Assembly (NCBI RefSeq): GCF_011386835.1
Contig: NC_088812.1
Location: forward strand, 3,224,001 to 3,288,000
Direction of reading: 5' to 3'
Origin: Chrysemys picta bellii
Taxonomy: Eukaryota
Length of the DNA: 64,000 nt
Below, one piece after another: positions 30,911 to 45,791 of the stretch; within the stretch, counting starts at the first letter, position 1, and the number at the start of each line of letters is the position of its first letter. Below the pieces are notes generated by a model that was not told the DNA's origin, made no database searches, and saw only the letters and a list, made by a program, of their open reading frames with translations. Made by a program: the position numbers and the translations under genes.

Positions 30911-32484
30911 ACATTGAGTCTGTTTCTCTTCTACACTAGTTTTACACTGATATAATTTCACTGGAGTTACTCCCAAGACAGCTGGACAAAATACGCTATT
31001 TTTATCTATGACTTGATTTCGCTTGGAGAGTTTGAAATAATCTGTATTTTATTAGATGTATTTTAGGACAAAATTTGCTAAACTGATATTTATTGTAAGA
31101 AAAACTGTTAAAACACTGAGGATATATATATAAAAATAAAGACACAGCTACTCTAACCTCTGTAGAGGACTATGAAATTACATCCATCTAGAAACATTTT
31201 TAGCTTTCTAGCTCTATAAGTCAATTGTATTTACCTAGATTGTAAATTCTGCGGGATAATGAATGTCTTTTTGTTATGGGTGTATGTACAGCATCTAACA
31301 CTATCCCCAGGCAAGAGGTTCTAGCAATTACTATAATAATAATAATTAATAATAAAGCACCTAGAACCTACACTGGTTAGCTGGATTTGAAAGTGTAACC
31401 TTGTCTGACCTCAACCAAGTTCTTCAAAACTCTATAGGAAATTAATTTTGAAAAGGAGAGGTAAGTATACGATTGTTAAATTCACATCATTTACTAAGCT
31501 GAAATGTTGCAGGATGCTAGCTGTTGACCAGTCATTACAATTCCGCTCCACACCCTCCCTCCTTTATATAACTAGCTAAGTTTTACTGGGAAAAACCTGA
31601 CTTCTGGATTCCCTGCTCTGAGGATATTAGCTGTTTTTCTTAAAGCCCCAGCTCCTGGGATCATGTGAGCATCTCAGTTTTCATTAAAAACAAAAAACTG
31701 AAAGAAGTCATTCCTAGGTCTTGTGGTTGAGGAAAAATGCTTGAAATCATGACCCCCTAAAGACAGCAAATAATCAGAAACCCACATTTATTTGTCTATT
31801 CAGTATTTTTAAACCAATCTCATGATTTTTTTTAGGATTTGGGGTTGGATTTGGGGGGGTTGGCAGTACTGTGACTCTTAATATTTGCTTTTTAAAAAAA
31901 TAAATTGATCAAAGATTTTCTCATGCTCAAAAAGGTCCTAAAAGAATTCCCACTGAGTCTGAATACTGATGGTAAGCGTTAAGCCGCTGTATATTTATAT
32001 ATATAAAAACCCCTCTAATTTTATTTAATTCTGTAAGGTGGGGTGTTTTGTTTTGTTCCCTCCTATGGGTGAAGGGGCTCCTATACCCCCATAGGAGCAT
32101 GCGGTGCCCTATAGCAAGGCTGGGGGGATCCCCAATGAACAGGTGTGAGGAGCCCCTAGGGAAGAGGACCCCCACATGGGACAGCTGTAGCCAGGCTCAC
32201 AGTGGGGGAGACCCCATAGGGGGGTGAGGAGCCCATGGGGAGAGGATCCCCCATAGATGGATGAGGACCCAATATCAGGGCTCACCAGGGGGATTCCATA
32301 TAGAACTGGGGGGCCTATATTGGGGCTCCCAGGGGGGCCCATATAGAACTGGGGGGCAGTATTGGGGCTCCCATATATATGTGGGCCCCTCTATGATATC
32401 AAGCTTCCCAGTAGGGGCCCTGTAGAGGGGCTCCCCCCCAGAGATGGGGCTGGATCGGGGCTCCCAGCGCCCCTCCCCCCTCAC

Positions 32485-32625
32485 CACAGCTTTTCCCGCC
32501 ACTTCCCCGCCCCTCAACGGCCCAGCTGAGGAGGGGGGGGGGCCGGGGCCGGGGACTGGGCCGGAGAATGCCAGCCCTGCTGGCCAATCAGCGCCCTCCC
32601 CGCCCTCAGCTCCTCCAATGAGAGG
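32485..32625 (-). promoter_or_regulatory. SYCE2: SYCE2 promoter and non-coding first exon
   Basis: Local GC/CpG-rich patch; CCAAT at 32584 and 32615; GC/ETS boxes ~32497-32512; MYB-type CAACGG 32515-32520. Donor GTG|GTGAGG at 32485/32484, with a strong acceptor before 30159 just upstream of the ATG. Confidence 0.55.
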
Positions 32626-32649
32626 TCGAGAGGGCATGAAGCAAGGGAG

Positions 32650-32960
32650 TGAGGGGGTTGGGCTGGGGGGAGTCCAGTCTGGGGGAGGCAGAGGTGGTGG
32701 GGTGCAGGCTGGGGGAAGGAATGAGGGGGTCCAGGCTGAAGGGGGGTCCAGGCTGGGGGAGGGGGGCTGAGCTGGGGGGTGGGTCTAGGCTAGGGGAAGG
32801 GGGCTGGGGTGGGGTCCAGGCTGGGGGAGGGGGGGCTGAGCTGGGGGGTGGGTCTAGGCTAGGGGAAGGGGGCTGGGGTGGGGTCCAGGCTGGGGGAGGG
32901 GGCCTGAGCTGGGGTCTAGTTTGGGGGAAGGGCTGAGGGGGTCCAGGCTGGGGGAGGGGA
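32650..32960 (+). repeat. G-rich low-complexity tandem repeat
   Basis: Repeated ggtccaggctgggggagggggg-type units (~61-bp higher-order duplication). Confidence 0.8.
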
Positions 32961-33340
32961 GGCACATCCAACCACAGCACAGTTTGGCAGAATTAGTTAC
33001 TCGAAAGACAGCTGGACTAGCAGGGGGCCTGGGTGTAGACAACTGCAGTGTTAGGGGGACTTTCATCCCCCCTAATCTAGAGATTGCACTAATAAAGGAA
33101 ACACTGAGTTTGGAGCAGAAGCTCCCCCCCCCAAAAAAAAAGCATTGTTTACACCCCTGGTGCGGGTGGGGATTGAGGGGTATCAGTAGCTGGGGTTGAG
33201 ATTGAAGGACATTAGCAGAGCTGTGGGGGATGGATAGCTCAGGACTGACTAGCTCTAGAAATATGGGTTACTTGTGGTGTGGAAAAGCTCTGCTCATTTC
33301 TCCCCGTTTTCTCCATTCAATCCTAGGTGGCCATAGGACA

Positions 33341-33846
33341 GGAAACCAGTCGGAGAACACTTCAACCTCCCTGGTCACTCAATTACAGACCTCAAAGTCG
33401 CAATACTCCAACAAAAAAACTTCAAAAACAGACTCCAACGAGAGACTGCAGAACTGGAATTAATTTGCAAACTTGACACCATTAAATTAGGCTTGAATAA
33501 AGACTGGGAGTGGATGGGTCATTACACAAAGTAAAACCTATTCCCCATGCTAATTTCCCCCACACACACTGTTACTCACACCTTCTTGTCAACTGTTGGA
33601 AAAGGGCCATCCAGATTATCACTACAAAAGTTTTTCTTCTCTTGCTGATAATAGCCCACCTTAACTGATTACTCTCGTTATAGCTGGTATGGCAACACCC
33701 ATTTTTTCATGTTCTCTGTGTGTATATATATCTTCCTACTGTATTTTCCACTGCATGCATCCGATGAAGTGGATTTTAGCCCACGAAAGCTTACGCTCAA
33801 ATAAATGGCTTAGTCTCTAAGGTGCCACAAGTACTCCTCGTTCTTT
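33341..33846 (+). mobile_element. Penelope-like retroelement 3' fragment
   Basis: Closely similar to 25980-26460 (GEHFNLPGHSITDLKV...GHYTK* and the 3' region). Confidence 0.9.
33757..33796 (+). ncRNA. Hammerhead-like motif, copy 2
   Basis: GCAT-CCGATGA-A-GTGGA(ttttag)CCCAC-GAA-AGCT-T-ACGC; one mismatch in each of helix I and helix II. Confidence 0.5.
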
Positions 33847-34330
33847 TTTTAAAGAAATTCTAGATAGCCACAGATTTCTGGCAGGTTTCAGGTGCGTTGG
33901 GAGAGCTATTTGGAGAAGCATGAACATCATCTACCCTCACTTGTTGCTTTAGCCCCTAGGAGAGGCTCACCCACAAGAGATTTTGGTCTCTGTGGCTCAG
34001 AAGCGCAGCGCATCCCCACATCTTGCTGTGTATGCACCTCCCTGGCGTTCTTCATGCCCATCTGAATGCAACAGGTTCCCACCAGTAAGAAATGAAAATA
34101 AACTGGCAGTTGCCAGCGGTGCTGAAAACACGATGATTATAGACAGAGGCACTCTTGGTCTCATGGCGAGAGGGCTCTTTAATACAAATTTGCATGATTG
34201 TGTCCAACCAGGGGAGGCAACTTCTACTGAGATGTATTTGTCTGCTACTTTTTAGAGTCCAGTTCTCCCCCTACCCCAATCCAATCTTGTATATGGGAAG
34301 TAGCTAGAAACCAGCAAGAGATGGTTAAAC

Positions 34331-34418
34331 CATGCATCCGAAGAAGTGGGCTGTAGTCCACGAAAGCTTATGCTCTAATAAATTTGTTAGTCTCTAAGGT
34401 GCCACAAGTACTCCTGTT
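34331..34418 (+). ncRNA. Solo ~90-bp Penelope 3' fragment containing hammerhead-like motif, copy 3 (34334-34373)
   Basis: GCAT-CCGAAGA-A-GTGGG(ctgtag)TCCAC-GAA-AGCT-T-ATGC; all helices pair, with one G-U. Confidence 0.55.
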
Positions 34419-35298
34419 CATCTTGGCTTTGTTTTTAATGCCTGCTTGTATTAAGGAAGCAAAGCAAAGACCCCACTGCTGTCTGGAACAGCTTAATAAA
34501 AATCCGTAGATTTGTTCTACGTAACTTCTCCTATTTATGGCAATTCACATTATTCAATGCTTGCATTTCAAAGGCTAGTTAAAATTACATCAATCCTCTG
34601 CTCAGAGGGATCTATGCATTTCTGTTTTAATCTAAAAGTGCTATGCCATTTTAGAGGTGGGGAAACTGAGACACAAGGAACTGGAGTGATGTGCGGCAGA
34701 GTCAAAGTTTGAACTTGGGATATGATTCTCAGTTCCCTTGTGAGGATGGGGCCTTTAAGACAATGTGGCTGTCTCCATATTCTGAGGCTGTGCTGGGCCC
34801 TGTACATTACAGTGTCTTTGAGGCTGCTCTAGTTTATGCTCCGCTGCCAGTGGCCCCCCCCGATGGCCTGCATTCTGGAGCCATTTCCACCCACCTTAAG
34901 CCTCCTTTATGCTACCATTATCCGTGTGACTGAGAATCGAGCCCATTGAATGGCCACGGAGGCATCATGCTATCTACACACACATGGACATCTGAACAAA
35001 AGGCTTGTGTCAGTTCTTGGCGCCTCTCTTGTTAAGGATAGTCCATCCTCAGTTCCACATGGGAAGTCCCTGTCCAGGAATAACCATTTCAGATTGATCA
35101 AAGATCCAGTATTTAAGACCAGGGGATGCCTCACATGGATGTGTCATTGCCTTCATTTCTATTTGCCTGATGACTTCACTTTGAATAAGAATAATTTAAA
35201 AAACAGTCCGTTGAAGAAGGCTGGGACTTCCAAATAGGTGTTTAGACCCCACTGAAATTCAATAGGAGGCTGGTGCCTTGTTCCAATATGGCAACTCA

Positions 35299-35523
35299 GG
35301 CCTGGTCTACACACAAAAATTAGATTGACCTAGTTACATTGCTCAGGGCTGTGAAAAAAATTGCGTCCAAGATGCCATAGTTAGGTCAACCTAACCCCCA
35401 GTGTAGACACAATGTAGAATTCTTCCCTTGACCTAGCTACCACCTCTCAGAACGGTGGACTAATTACATTGATGGAGGAAAAAACCCGGTGCCAATGTAA
35501 TGCTTGTAGTGTAGTCAATAGCC
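35299..35523. mobile_element. Harbinger-type MITE
   Basis: Ends ggcctggtctacac... / ...gtagtgtagtcaatagcc, related to 19978-20191. Confidence 0.5.
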
Positions 35524-37078
35524 TCCGAAAATCTCCACAAAAGTCCAGCTGTTTTACAGGAAGCAGATATTCTGGCAGCTTTAACAGTCTAGGGAGGAGG
35601 GACTCAACAAGAAAAGAAGGCAGCAAGAGGACTAATAACGTTTATTGTCTTTCTGACCATAAAACAGACACTTCCCTCGGCCTTATCTGACAGCTCATCT
35701 CACTCCAGGGATCCTTGGACAAGAAAGGAACATTTTGTAAACAAACGTTTTGTGGCAAATATCGAATTTCACAGGTTTGGGATTGAGAAGTTCAGCGTGA
35801 TCCCTGCTCAGTAAGAACTTGTGAATGGTTCCCATCTGGGATTTGGGTGACATCACAGGCTGGTTCTTCCAGCTGGTGTTATTTTTACACTTGTAATCCA
35901 TTGGTGCCTGGAATAGCAGCATCTTCCGCCTCACGAAACTGGGGTTGGTGGTTGGTTGCTTTTTCCCCCCTTCCCAGAGAGGATTTAAGATTTGGAAACT
36001 GTGCCACTTCAAGAAAGAAAAATCCACTCCGCCTGCATGCACGGGCCAGAAGGAATATGCTGAGCCTGCCCCTGGAGGAGCAGAGCACTAGGAATGCAGC
36101 AAACTGAGCGGGGGATGGCAGCATGGTAATCTTGGAGATGGAGGCCAGGGCGGCTGAGCCAAGCGTTGGCGGAGGGGGGAGTCGTGCTCAGAGATGAGCT
36201 TCGAGGTGTGGGATTTGGGGGTGTTTGGATCAGGCCTTTCTCCGAGGCATGCCATTTCAAAGTGCTGCTGTGCCTAACTGGGCTCCATGCAAATGGGTTT
36301 AGCGACCAAGGCAGGAGTGCTGAGTGAGCGACCAGACGGAGGCCCTGCTTTGCCTCACAGGGCCGTGCAATCGGCTTGCTCGGCAGGACTGGACGGGGAA
36401 GTAAGTCGCTGCCAGTTCCGATCCCCCCTGAGGTCATATATTGCAGCAGCGTTAGCCCCTTTCACCCATGGCTCACACCACTTTAGACATCACTTCTGTA
36501 GCTGGACGACCGTATACACATCAAGATGGGTCTCGCTCTCTCTGCCCCCTCTGCTCTCCAGCACCTCAACCCTCTTGCTTGCCCAGGCACTCGCCAGGCT
36601 CGGCCCAAATCCGAAGGAGAAAGAGTCAAGTTTAGAGGCACCTCCCACCAGCTCCTTTCTTGAACATGCCAAGTTCAGCAGGTGTTTATTTCCCACGTGT
36701 CAAGTGTATCAGGCCTAATGCCCTGGGTGTGGGGACCCAGAGCGGAAGCTTCTCTTCTGAGCCTGGCATCTGTGCAGGGAGCAGCAGGGTGATATTTATA
36801 GCAGTGGAGGTGCCAGCATCTGATGTCTCAGCTTCTCACCTTGTCACCTAAATACCATTAGCAGCAGGTCGCCCTCAGCACTGCAGAGCCAGGTCGCTTT
36901 GAGAAGAAGGCCAGTTCCCTTGCGGTTCAGGCTGCTGGACTCAGATCAGATCAGATCCATCTGCTCAGCGAGTCCATTGCCTTCTGGTCAACCTGAGATT
37001 GCTCTCTCTCTCATATCACGTCCCACTCCTTTATCCGCCGGCAATTCTGCCATCACTCTGCAGTGTCCCTGGTGGCAA

Positions 37079-37343
37079 AGGCTTGGACTACACTTCGAAG
37101 TGGTGATAGCGTTGCTGTGTCGGTCAGGGTGGGAAAAAAACATACCCGATGTAGCTTTACCGACAAAGCCGTCAGTATAGATGCAGCTGTGTTGACAGAA
37201 GAGGCCTTCTGCCAAGATAGCTAACGGTGTTCAGGCTGGTGGTCCCACACCAATAAAAAAACTTGTATTGGTCTAGCTTGCGTCTACATCAGGGGGCTGG
37301 GCCGGCATAGCTATGCCAGTATGGGCTCCGTAGTGTAGACACA
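37079..37343. mobile_element. Harbinger-type MITE
   Basis: Ends aggcttggactacact / gtagtgtagacacacct. Confidence 0.5.
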
Positions 37344-38621
37344 CCTGAAGAAGAGCCAAGACACAGCTGTGAGGAATACAAAGGGGATTGACTGATTTAT
37401 TTTCAACTGAGGCTGCTGGACAGAGCTGACCCTGTGGTTCCCTCCGGCTCTTTAGCGTCTCTGTCTCTCTTTCACCTCCATTTCATCAGACCTCCTGCAG
37501 TTTCCCTGTTTCCTTCCCTCTCACTTTCTTCAGGACACCGTGGGAATCGCTGTTGGGTGGAATTTGCTGAACCTTGGTAGCCAGAATGCACCCGAGTGAA
37601 TCGCCAGTGAAAACCCTCCCACAGCCCACTGGGCCCTGCCCTGTTGAATCCCTACATCGGCCAGAGCACCAGGATCAGGCCCCTACTTCATCCTGTGCTG
37701 GATCACGTCAGCTCCCACGTCTCCTGCCAGGAGAGCTCCATGCCGCCAGGCCTGCAGAGAGAGGCGCTGACACTGCCTCGTTAACACCCCTCTGCTCTTC
37801 GCACTCCCAGCTCATCATCTTCCTGAGCAGCCGGAGGGGGGAAGCAGGAGGATTGGTGAAGTGAGGAAGAACAGCAGGGGCCCATCCTGTGCCCTGGGAG
37901 ATTGCCATCCTTGCCTTCGCAGCCTCTGTGTCCCCAGTGCAGAGAGGCTCCTTACTGCTCCCACCTGGAAATTGTGCTCTGGAGCTAGTGATCCCAGCTT
38001 CACCCTCCAGCCCTTCTTGGGGAAGGGCTGGAGATCAAAACCTGACCACACTGGGTTCTGCCCGTGCAGCGACTCCCAAATTCAGCTCATCGTCGGAAGG
38101 CAAGTCTGGAAATTACCCCCCGCACCTGTAGTCTCGTGGTGTGTGTATTACGGTTGTGCCTCAGGCCCCACTCCGAGTCCAGGGCCGTACCGTGCTGGGC
38201 GCACACCGTCTCAGTAGACACCGAGTGGGAGGGGAAACTGAGGAACAGAGTTGCTCAAGGTCAGACAGCAGGGCAGGAAATAGAACCCAGGAGTCCTGAG
38301 TCCTCGTGCAGTGCCCTAGCCAATAAACCAAGCTGCCTCTTTCTAGACCTACTTATCCCCTGTCCCCTTCACTGGAATGGGGATGGGGGGGGGCTGCACT
38401 AGCAGGCTTTGCAGATGTCAGTCTTTCATTATAATAAATAATATGGGTCTTAGGGTTGCAAAGAAAACTCCCAGACCACGACTAGCTGACTCGAATGGCG
38501 GCTAGACAGCCAGAAACCACTAGCTAGCTAGATTCTCCGGAACTGCTGTGCAGTTCTGCTGTGCTGTTAAACAGCTGCCACGCTACACCTCAGAAGTGGC
38601 TGCATTTCATTGCTGTGTGAG

Positions 38622-38796
38622 CAGGGCCACCGAGAGTGGGTTCGGGCCCCGGTGAAAAAAAATTTTTGGGCCCCCCAGCAAGGGCGGACCAGCTAAACAG
38701 AGCCGACAAGAGGGGGGGAAGCCGGGCCCCGGGCCCCCTTCCGGACCGCCGGGCCCCGGTAATTTGTACCAGCTTCCCCCCCTCTTGTCAGTCCTG
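38622..38796. mobile_element. hAT-type MITE with perfect 8-bp TSD
   Basis: TGTGTGAG at 38614-38621 and at 38797-38804; imperfect TIRs cagggccaccgagag / ctcttgtcagtcctg. Confidence 0.8.
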
Positions 38797-39209
38797 TGTG
38801 TGAGTGATCCCCTGTATAAACAGCTGCCATGTTCCACCCCAGAGGTGGCCGCATTTCAGTGGTGGGCAAACGATCCCTGTACTTGTTAGCGTTTGAACAG
38901 CAGTTTCCGAGCACAAAGCATGCTGCTATCCTTTGGCTGAGTGACGGATCCCATTTCACTAGCATGTATTTTACCTTATAGTTACATCACGCCTTGGGGG
39001 GGGACCCGCCTCATTTTCATCACTTCATGTAACGCAGCCGCGGCTCAGGCGGCAGGCGATCGCAGCGGTTTGGAACTGGACGTGTGGAAGGAAGGTTTGG
39101 AACAGAAGCTGCCAAGGGCCTATAGGAAAGCAGGATTTCACGATTCCCCAGACTGGGGTCTGTCCTGTGCTCTGACAGAGCCGTTCACTGGACCTTGTAT
39201 GAACTGGTG

Positions 39210-39525
39210 ATAGAACCCAGGAGTCCTGACCCCCAGCCTTCCGCGCCCCCCTGCTCTAACCACTAGTCTCCGCTCCCCTCCCCAGGCCCAGAATACAAAC
39301 CAGAGTCCTGACTCCCGGCCCTCCTGCTCTAACCACTAGTCCTCGCTCCCCTCCCCAGGCCCAGAATACAACCCAGGAGTCCTGACTCCCGGCCCTCCTG
39401 CTCTAACCACTAGTCCTCGCTCCCCTCCCCAGGCCCGGAATACAACCCAGGAGTCCTGACTCCCGGCCCTCCTGCTCTAACCACTAGTCCTCGCTCCCCT
39501 CCCAGAGCTGGAAATAGAACCCAGG
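39210..39525 (-). repeat. Tandem tRNA-like SINE-head array (reverse)
   Basis: Repeated aacccaggagtcctgactcccggccctcctgctctaaccactag units. Confidence 0.85.
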
Positions 39526-39864
39526 TGTCCGGAGCAGAATTTCACACAACCAACCCCACAGCCCAGGTCTCCCCTTTGCAATGCCCCCTATGAACAGTCC
39601 CAGGCAGCCAATCACCCACAGCCCTGGTAATGACATAACTGAGTGGGTGGAGCCTCTCCCTTAATGCTCACCTCCAGCTGTCTGCTCTGATCGTTCCAGA
39701 GGGTCCGGCCGTGGCTGATCACTCCAGGGACTCCCAGCTCCCCACCTCCCAGGCAGCGCTCCCGGCTGGGCCCGGCCTATCCACCGCCTGGGGGAAGCCA
39801 CCAAGTGAGAACAGATGCACCATCAAGCCACAGGGCAGACGGAATCCACACAGACCAGGTGAGA

Positions 39865-40200
39865 AAAGGGAGTGGGGTCTAGTGGTTAGTGCACTGGGAG
39901 CCAGGACTCCTGGGTTCTAACCCTGGCTCTGGGAGGGGAGTGGGGTCCAGTGGTTGGCAGGGGGGGAGTCAGGACTCCTGGGTTCTAGCCCTGGCTCTGG
40001 GAGGGGAGTGGGGTCTAGTGGTTAGTGCACTGGGAGCCAGGACTCCTGGGTTCTATCCCTGGATCTGGGAAGGGAGTGGGGTCTAGTGGTTGGGGGAGGG
40101 GGAGAGCCAGGACTCCTGGGTTCTCTCCCTGGCTCTGGGAGGGGAGTGGGGTCTAGTGGTTAGTGCACTGGGAGCCAGGACTCCTGGGTTTTATCTCTGG
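39865..40200 (+). repeat. Tandem tRNA-like SINE-head array
   Basis: Five ggggtctagtgg...ggactcctgggttct units. Confidence 0.85.
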
Positions 40201-40914
40201 TCCCAGGGGTGGGCTCACAGCTGCAAGGGGTTCCTGGGAGTCAGGACTCCTACACCCTGTTCCTGTCCCCGGAGGTGGGGTCGCAGCAGGACAGTTAACA
40301 GGGGTTTGACTCGAGAGCTCTCTGGCTGTCCTCGCCCGGCAGCCGCTCTGCTGCCCCTGGCGTTAGCGCCATGCCCTGTGCCACGGGGGAGTTATTTTAA
40401 ACCTCATAAATCTGTGACTCCTTAATAGGTTCTTTTACTTGGAAAGCTTAGGGCCAGTCTCAGTGTTCGGCAAAGCCCTTGGCTCCTAGCGCAGCCTGTT
40501 ACGCAAAGGGAATTAGCCTGCTGTGCAGTGGGGAACCCCCCAGCCCCTGGCCCTTCTGGGGGCTCAGCCTAGGAAGGGGGCCAGACAGGGCAGGGAATTG
40601 ACCCTTGAACTGACCGTCTCCAGGTGGGGCCTGCGGCGTGATCTAGCCTGGGAAGTGACTGGCCTGGTGTAGGACTGGCTGGGAGGGAGCCCTGGGCTGA
40701 GCAGGGCAGGCCAGAGGGCACAGTGCTCCCGGCCGGCCTTTCTATCCCGGGCCTGCTCGAACACCCACGGTTCGTTTTCTGGGCTCGGGGGCTTGCTCGC
40801 CCCAGCCGAGAGGCGGAAGGGAAAGACCTGGAGTTGACCAAAAAAGTCAGAATAAGGGACACTTCACGACGAGGCCCCAGCCGAAATCCAGGGAGTGGGG
40901 TGGGGAGGACCCTC

Positions 40915-41310
40915 ATGGCGCCGGGGGCTGCATGGATCCCCCAGCTGAGATCGGCCCCCCGCCCCCACGGTGCCAGGGGCTGCATGGATCTCCCTGCTGA
41001 GAGCGGGGCCCCCCCACGGTGCCAGGGGCTGCATGGATCTCCCTGCTGAGAGCGGGGCCCCCCCATGGTGCCAGGGGCTGCATGGATCTCCCTGCTGAGA
41101 GCGGCCCCCCCCATGGCACCGGGGGCTGCATGGATCCCCCAGCTGAGGTCAGGGGCTGCCCATGGGACCGGGGGCTGCATGGATCCCCAGCTGAGATTGC
41201 CCCCCCCCCACGGTGCCAGGGGCTGCATGGATCTCCCTGCTGAGAGCGGGGCCCCCCCATGGTGCCTGGGGCTGCACAGACAGATGCACCCCCAGCTGAG
41301 GTCAGGGGCC
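40915..41310 (+). repeat. ~49-bp minisatellite (~8 units)
   Basis: gctgcatggat anchor at 40927, 40979, 41028, 41077, 41125 and onward. Confidence 0.9.
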
Positions 41311-43882
41311 GCCCGTGGTGCTAGGTGCTGCAGACGTGGTGAGAGACAGTCCCTGCCCCGAAGCCAGCTGGGCCTGTTCTCCCTGCTTTGCAGCCGCACT
41401 GAGGCCAGAGGCTGCCTCGCCCGCGGGGTGTGTGCAAACGCAGGGCTCAGTCCTGAACCCCGATGAAACCCCTTGGAACAGGAGGGTGCTGGCAGCCAGG
41501 TCCAACACTGAACTGACCATGCAGGGCCTGCTCCTGCCTGCGTGGGCCGAGCCCTGAGCCCCCCAGACACTGAACCCAGCTCGGGGTGGGGGGGTCCCAC
41601 AGCCCCACGTCAGCCCTGGGCGGGCGCCCGCTCTTGTGAGGGTGGTACCGCTGGCAGTAGCTGGCGTTAGGGTCGGGGTATTTGCCGTGGGGCAGAGAGC
41701 TGCACAAAGAGGGAGCTGGGAGCTCCCTGCTGTGGAGACAAGCTGGGCGCTGCGACCCCCAAGTGCCCCCGCAGGCAGATAACCAGCCCCCCCCGTGGGG
41801 TAGTCGGACGAGCTCAGGCTCGTGATTGGGGGCTCATGATTTTGGAGCCCGGGGGTTGGCACCTGCAGGCGAACCCCTCCTGAGAAGGCCCAAGGGGGCA
41901 GCTCCAGAGCGGGCAGAGGCTGGCAGGGCCAGCTGGGTGCACTCAATGGGGGAGGGGTCCTGCCAGGATCGGAGCCACGTTTGGTAGAGGTTTTTTGGGG
42001 GGCAGGGCCGGTCTCTCCCTTGGTTCCCCCAGGATGGCTGGTGAGGGGCGGGCGGTTCTGCTGCGTTCTGGGGCCCAGGTGGAGGTGAGACCTGGAGCAG
42101 CAAAAGGGAAATTACCTCAGTTCGGGGGAGGAGCTGCTGGTTCTTCCAGCAAGACTGGGCCAGGGCCACATGCAAGCCTGAGACACCAGGGGGGGGGGGG
42201 GGGAGGGGTGATGGGGGGGATCGTGATCGTCAATTGCCTGGGTGGGGGTATCGCTGCTTTGACATCACTGGACTTTCCTAGAAAGGGGGGCCTGGGCTGG
42301 ACCCCCCAGCAGACACGCTCCCCCCCAGGGCCTGGGCCAGGCCCCCCCAGCAGACACACTCCCCCCAGGGCCAGGCCCCCCTAGCAGGTGCCCTCCCCTT
42401 AGGGTGCAACATTTTGGGGATCGGGCTGCTTGTAACAGAAGCACTCGAGGAGCAGATCGCTCAGGGGCCCCGTTGTGCCCCTGCCCCAGAGCTTGCTGTC
42501 TCCAGGGGGAGGGGAACCCGCAGCCGGGAGGAGGGAGGAGGGGGAAGGGTTTGGCCCCGGGGGCAGAGCCGACAGCAGGACCCAGCTCTGCGCTGCTGAC
42601 TGGACTGTGCTGCCCTCAGGGAGGACAGTCCCACAGGCGGCCTAGCTGACCCCAGGCAAAGCCGCTCGGTCTCTCTGGGCCTCAGTTTCCCCATCATAAA
42701 GTGAGAACTGTTCTGCCTTGGCCGATTAGCTCACGAGCGCTCGCTCTGCATATGGGCAACGCCCGGCCTAATGGGGTCCCCAATCTCAGGGGGGGCTCTC
42801 TGTGGCCCCCAGCCCAGTGGGGGCCCTGATCTCAGGGGTGTCTGGCCCCCAGCATCATGGGGACCCCAATCTTGTGATCGGGTCTGTAGGCGGGAGTGTG
42901 AGCTTCCCCTGAGCCCCGCCTGCCCTCCGGAGCTCCCAGCCGCTGTCCCCCATTGCTCTGGGGCTAACCAGCAGCTCGTGGGGGATCAGCCAAAGGGGTG
43001 ACAGGTCAGGCCTGAGCCCGGACCCAAGCACAGCCGGCCGGCACGCCGCAGGGGAGCGCCGGGGGGAACGGTCCTGCCGGGGCTGGGCAGGGCGGAGGGG
43101 TCAGTGATTTTCCAGCTCCGCCTGCTAGTGAGACCAAAATCCAGAGCACAAGGAAAATGACACAGGGCCCGGGCCAGCAAGCGCAGGGTTAAACTCTGCC
43201 TGCTCCACACCTGCCCAAGCTGCAGCCCCCTCCCTCCGTTCACCTGCCCCCAGGGTGGGGGGAGCAGGTCCAGCGGTTACAGCAAAGCCTATGGAATCCG
43301 GATACATGGGCTTGACCACCTTGTCAGAGCAGGGGAGTAGGACTCCTGGGTTTCCCAGCTCCAGCAGGGCAGGGGGGAAATGGACTGGGGGTCAGGACTC
43401 CTGGGTTCTTACCCCACCTCTGGGAAGGGAGGGTGGTCTAGCGGTTAGATGTGGAGCATCAGGACTCCGGGGTTCTTAGCCTGGAAGTTGTAGAATGAAG
43501 CAGTTAGAGGGAAGGTGAGTCATGACTCCTGGCTCTGGTGCCAGCTTGGGGAGAGGAGTAGGGTCAAGGGGTTAGAAGAGAGGATAGGGAGCCCGGACTC
43601 CTGGGTTCCATCCCCAGCTCTGGGAGGGGAGTGGGAGCTAGCGGGGGAGGGCTGGGAGCCCGGATTCCTGGATTCTATACCTGGCTCTGGCAGGGGAGTG
43701 ATGTCAAGCGGTTAGAGCAGCAGACAAGGTGGCAGGACTCCTGGGTTCTCCTCCCAACTCCTTGAAGGGAGTGTGGTCTAGTGGTTAGAGGTGGGGCCAG
43801 GACTGGGTTTTTCTCCCCGAAGCAGGAAGTTGCGCAATGAAGCCGATAAGGAGGGGGTAGGAGGCAGGATTCCGGGGTTTGA

Positions 43883-45791
<1,909 letters not shown>

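Noticed and set aside
32286-32299. ATGGAATCCCCCTG|GTGAG as a SYCE2 first coding exon
   Set aside because: 14 nt, wrong phase, in low-complexity sequence; an in-frame ATG with a good acceptor exists at 30153.
36000-36720. Overlapping ~140-aa ORFs on both strands
   Set aside because: No recognisable motif, no consistent splice signals.
40569-41600. 343-aa minus-strand ORF
   Set aside because: Runs through a 49-bp minisatellite; repeat translation.
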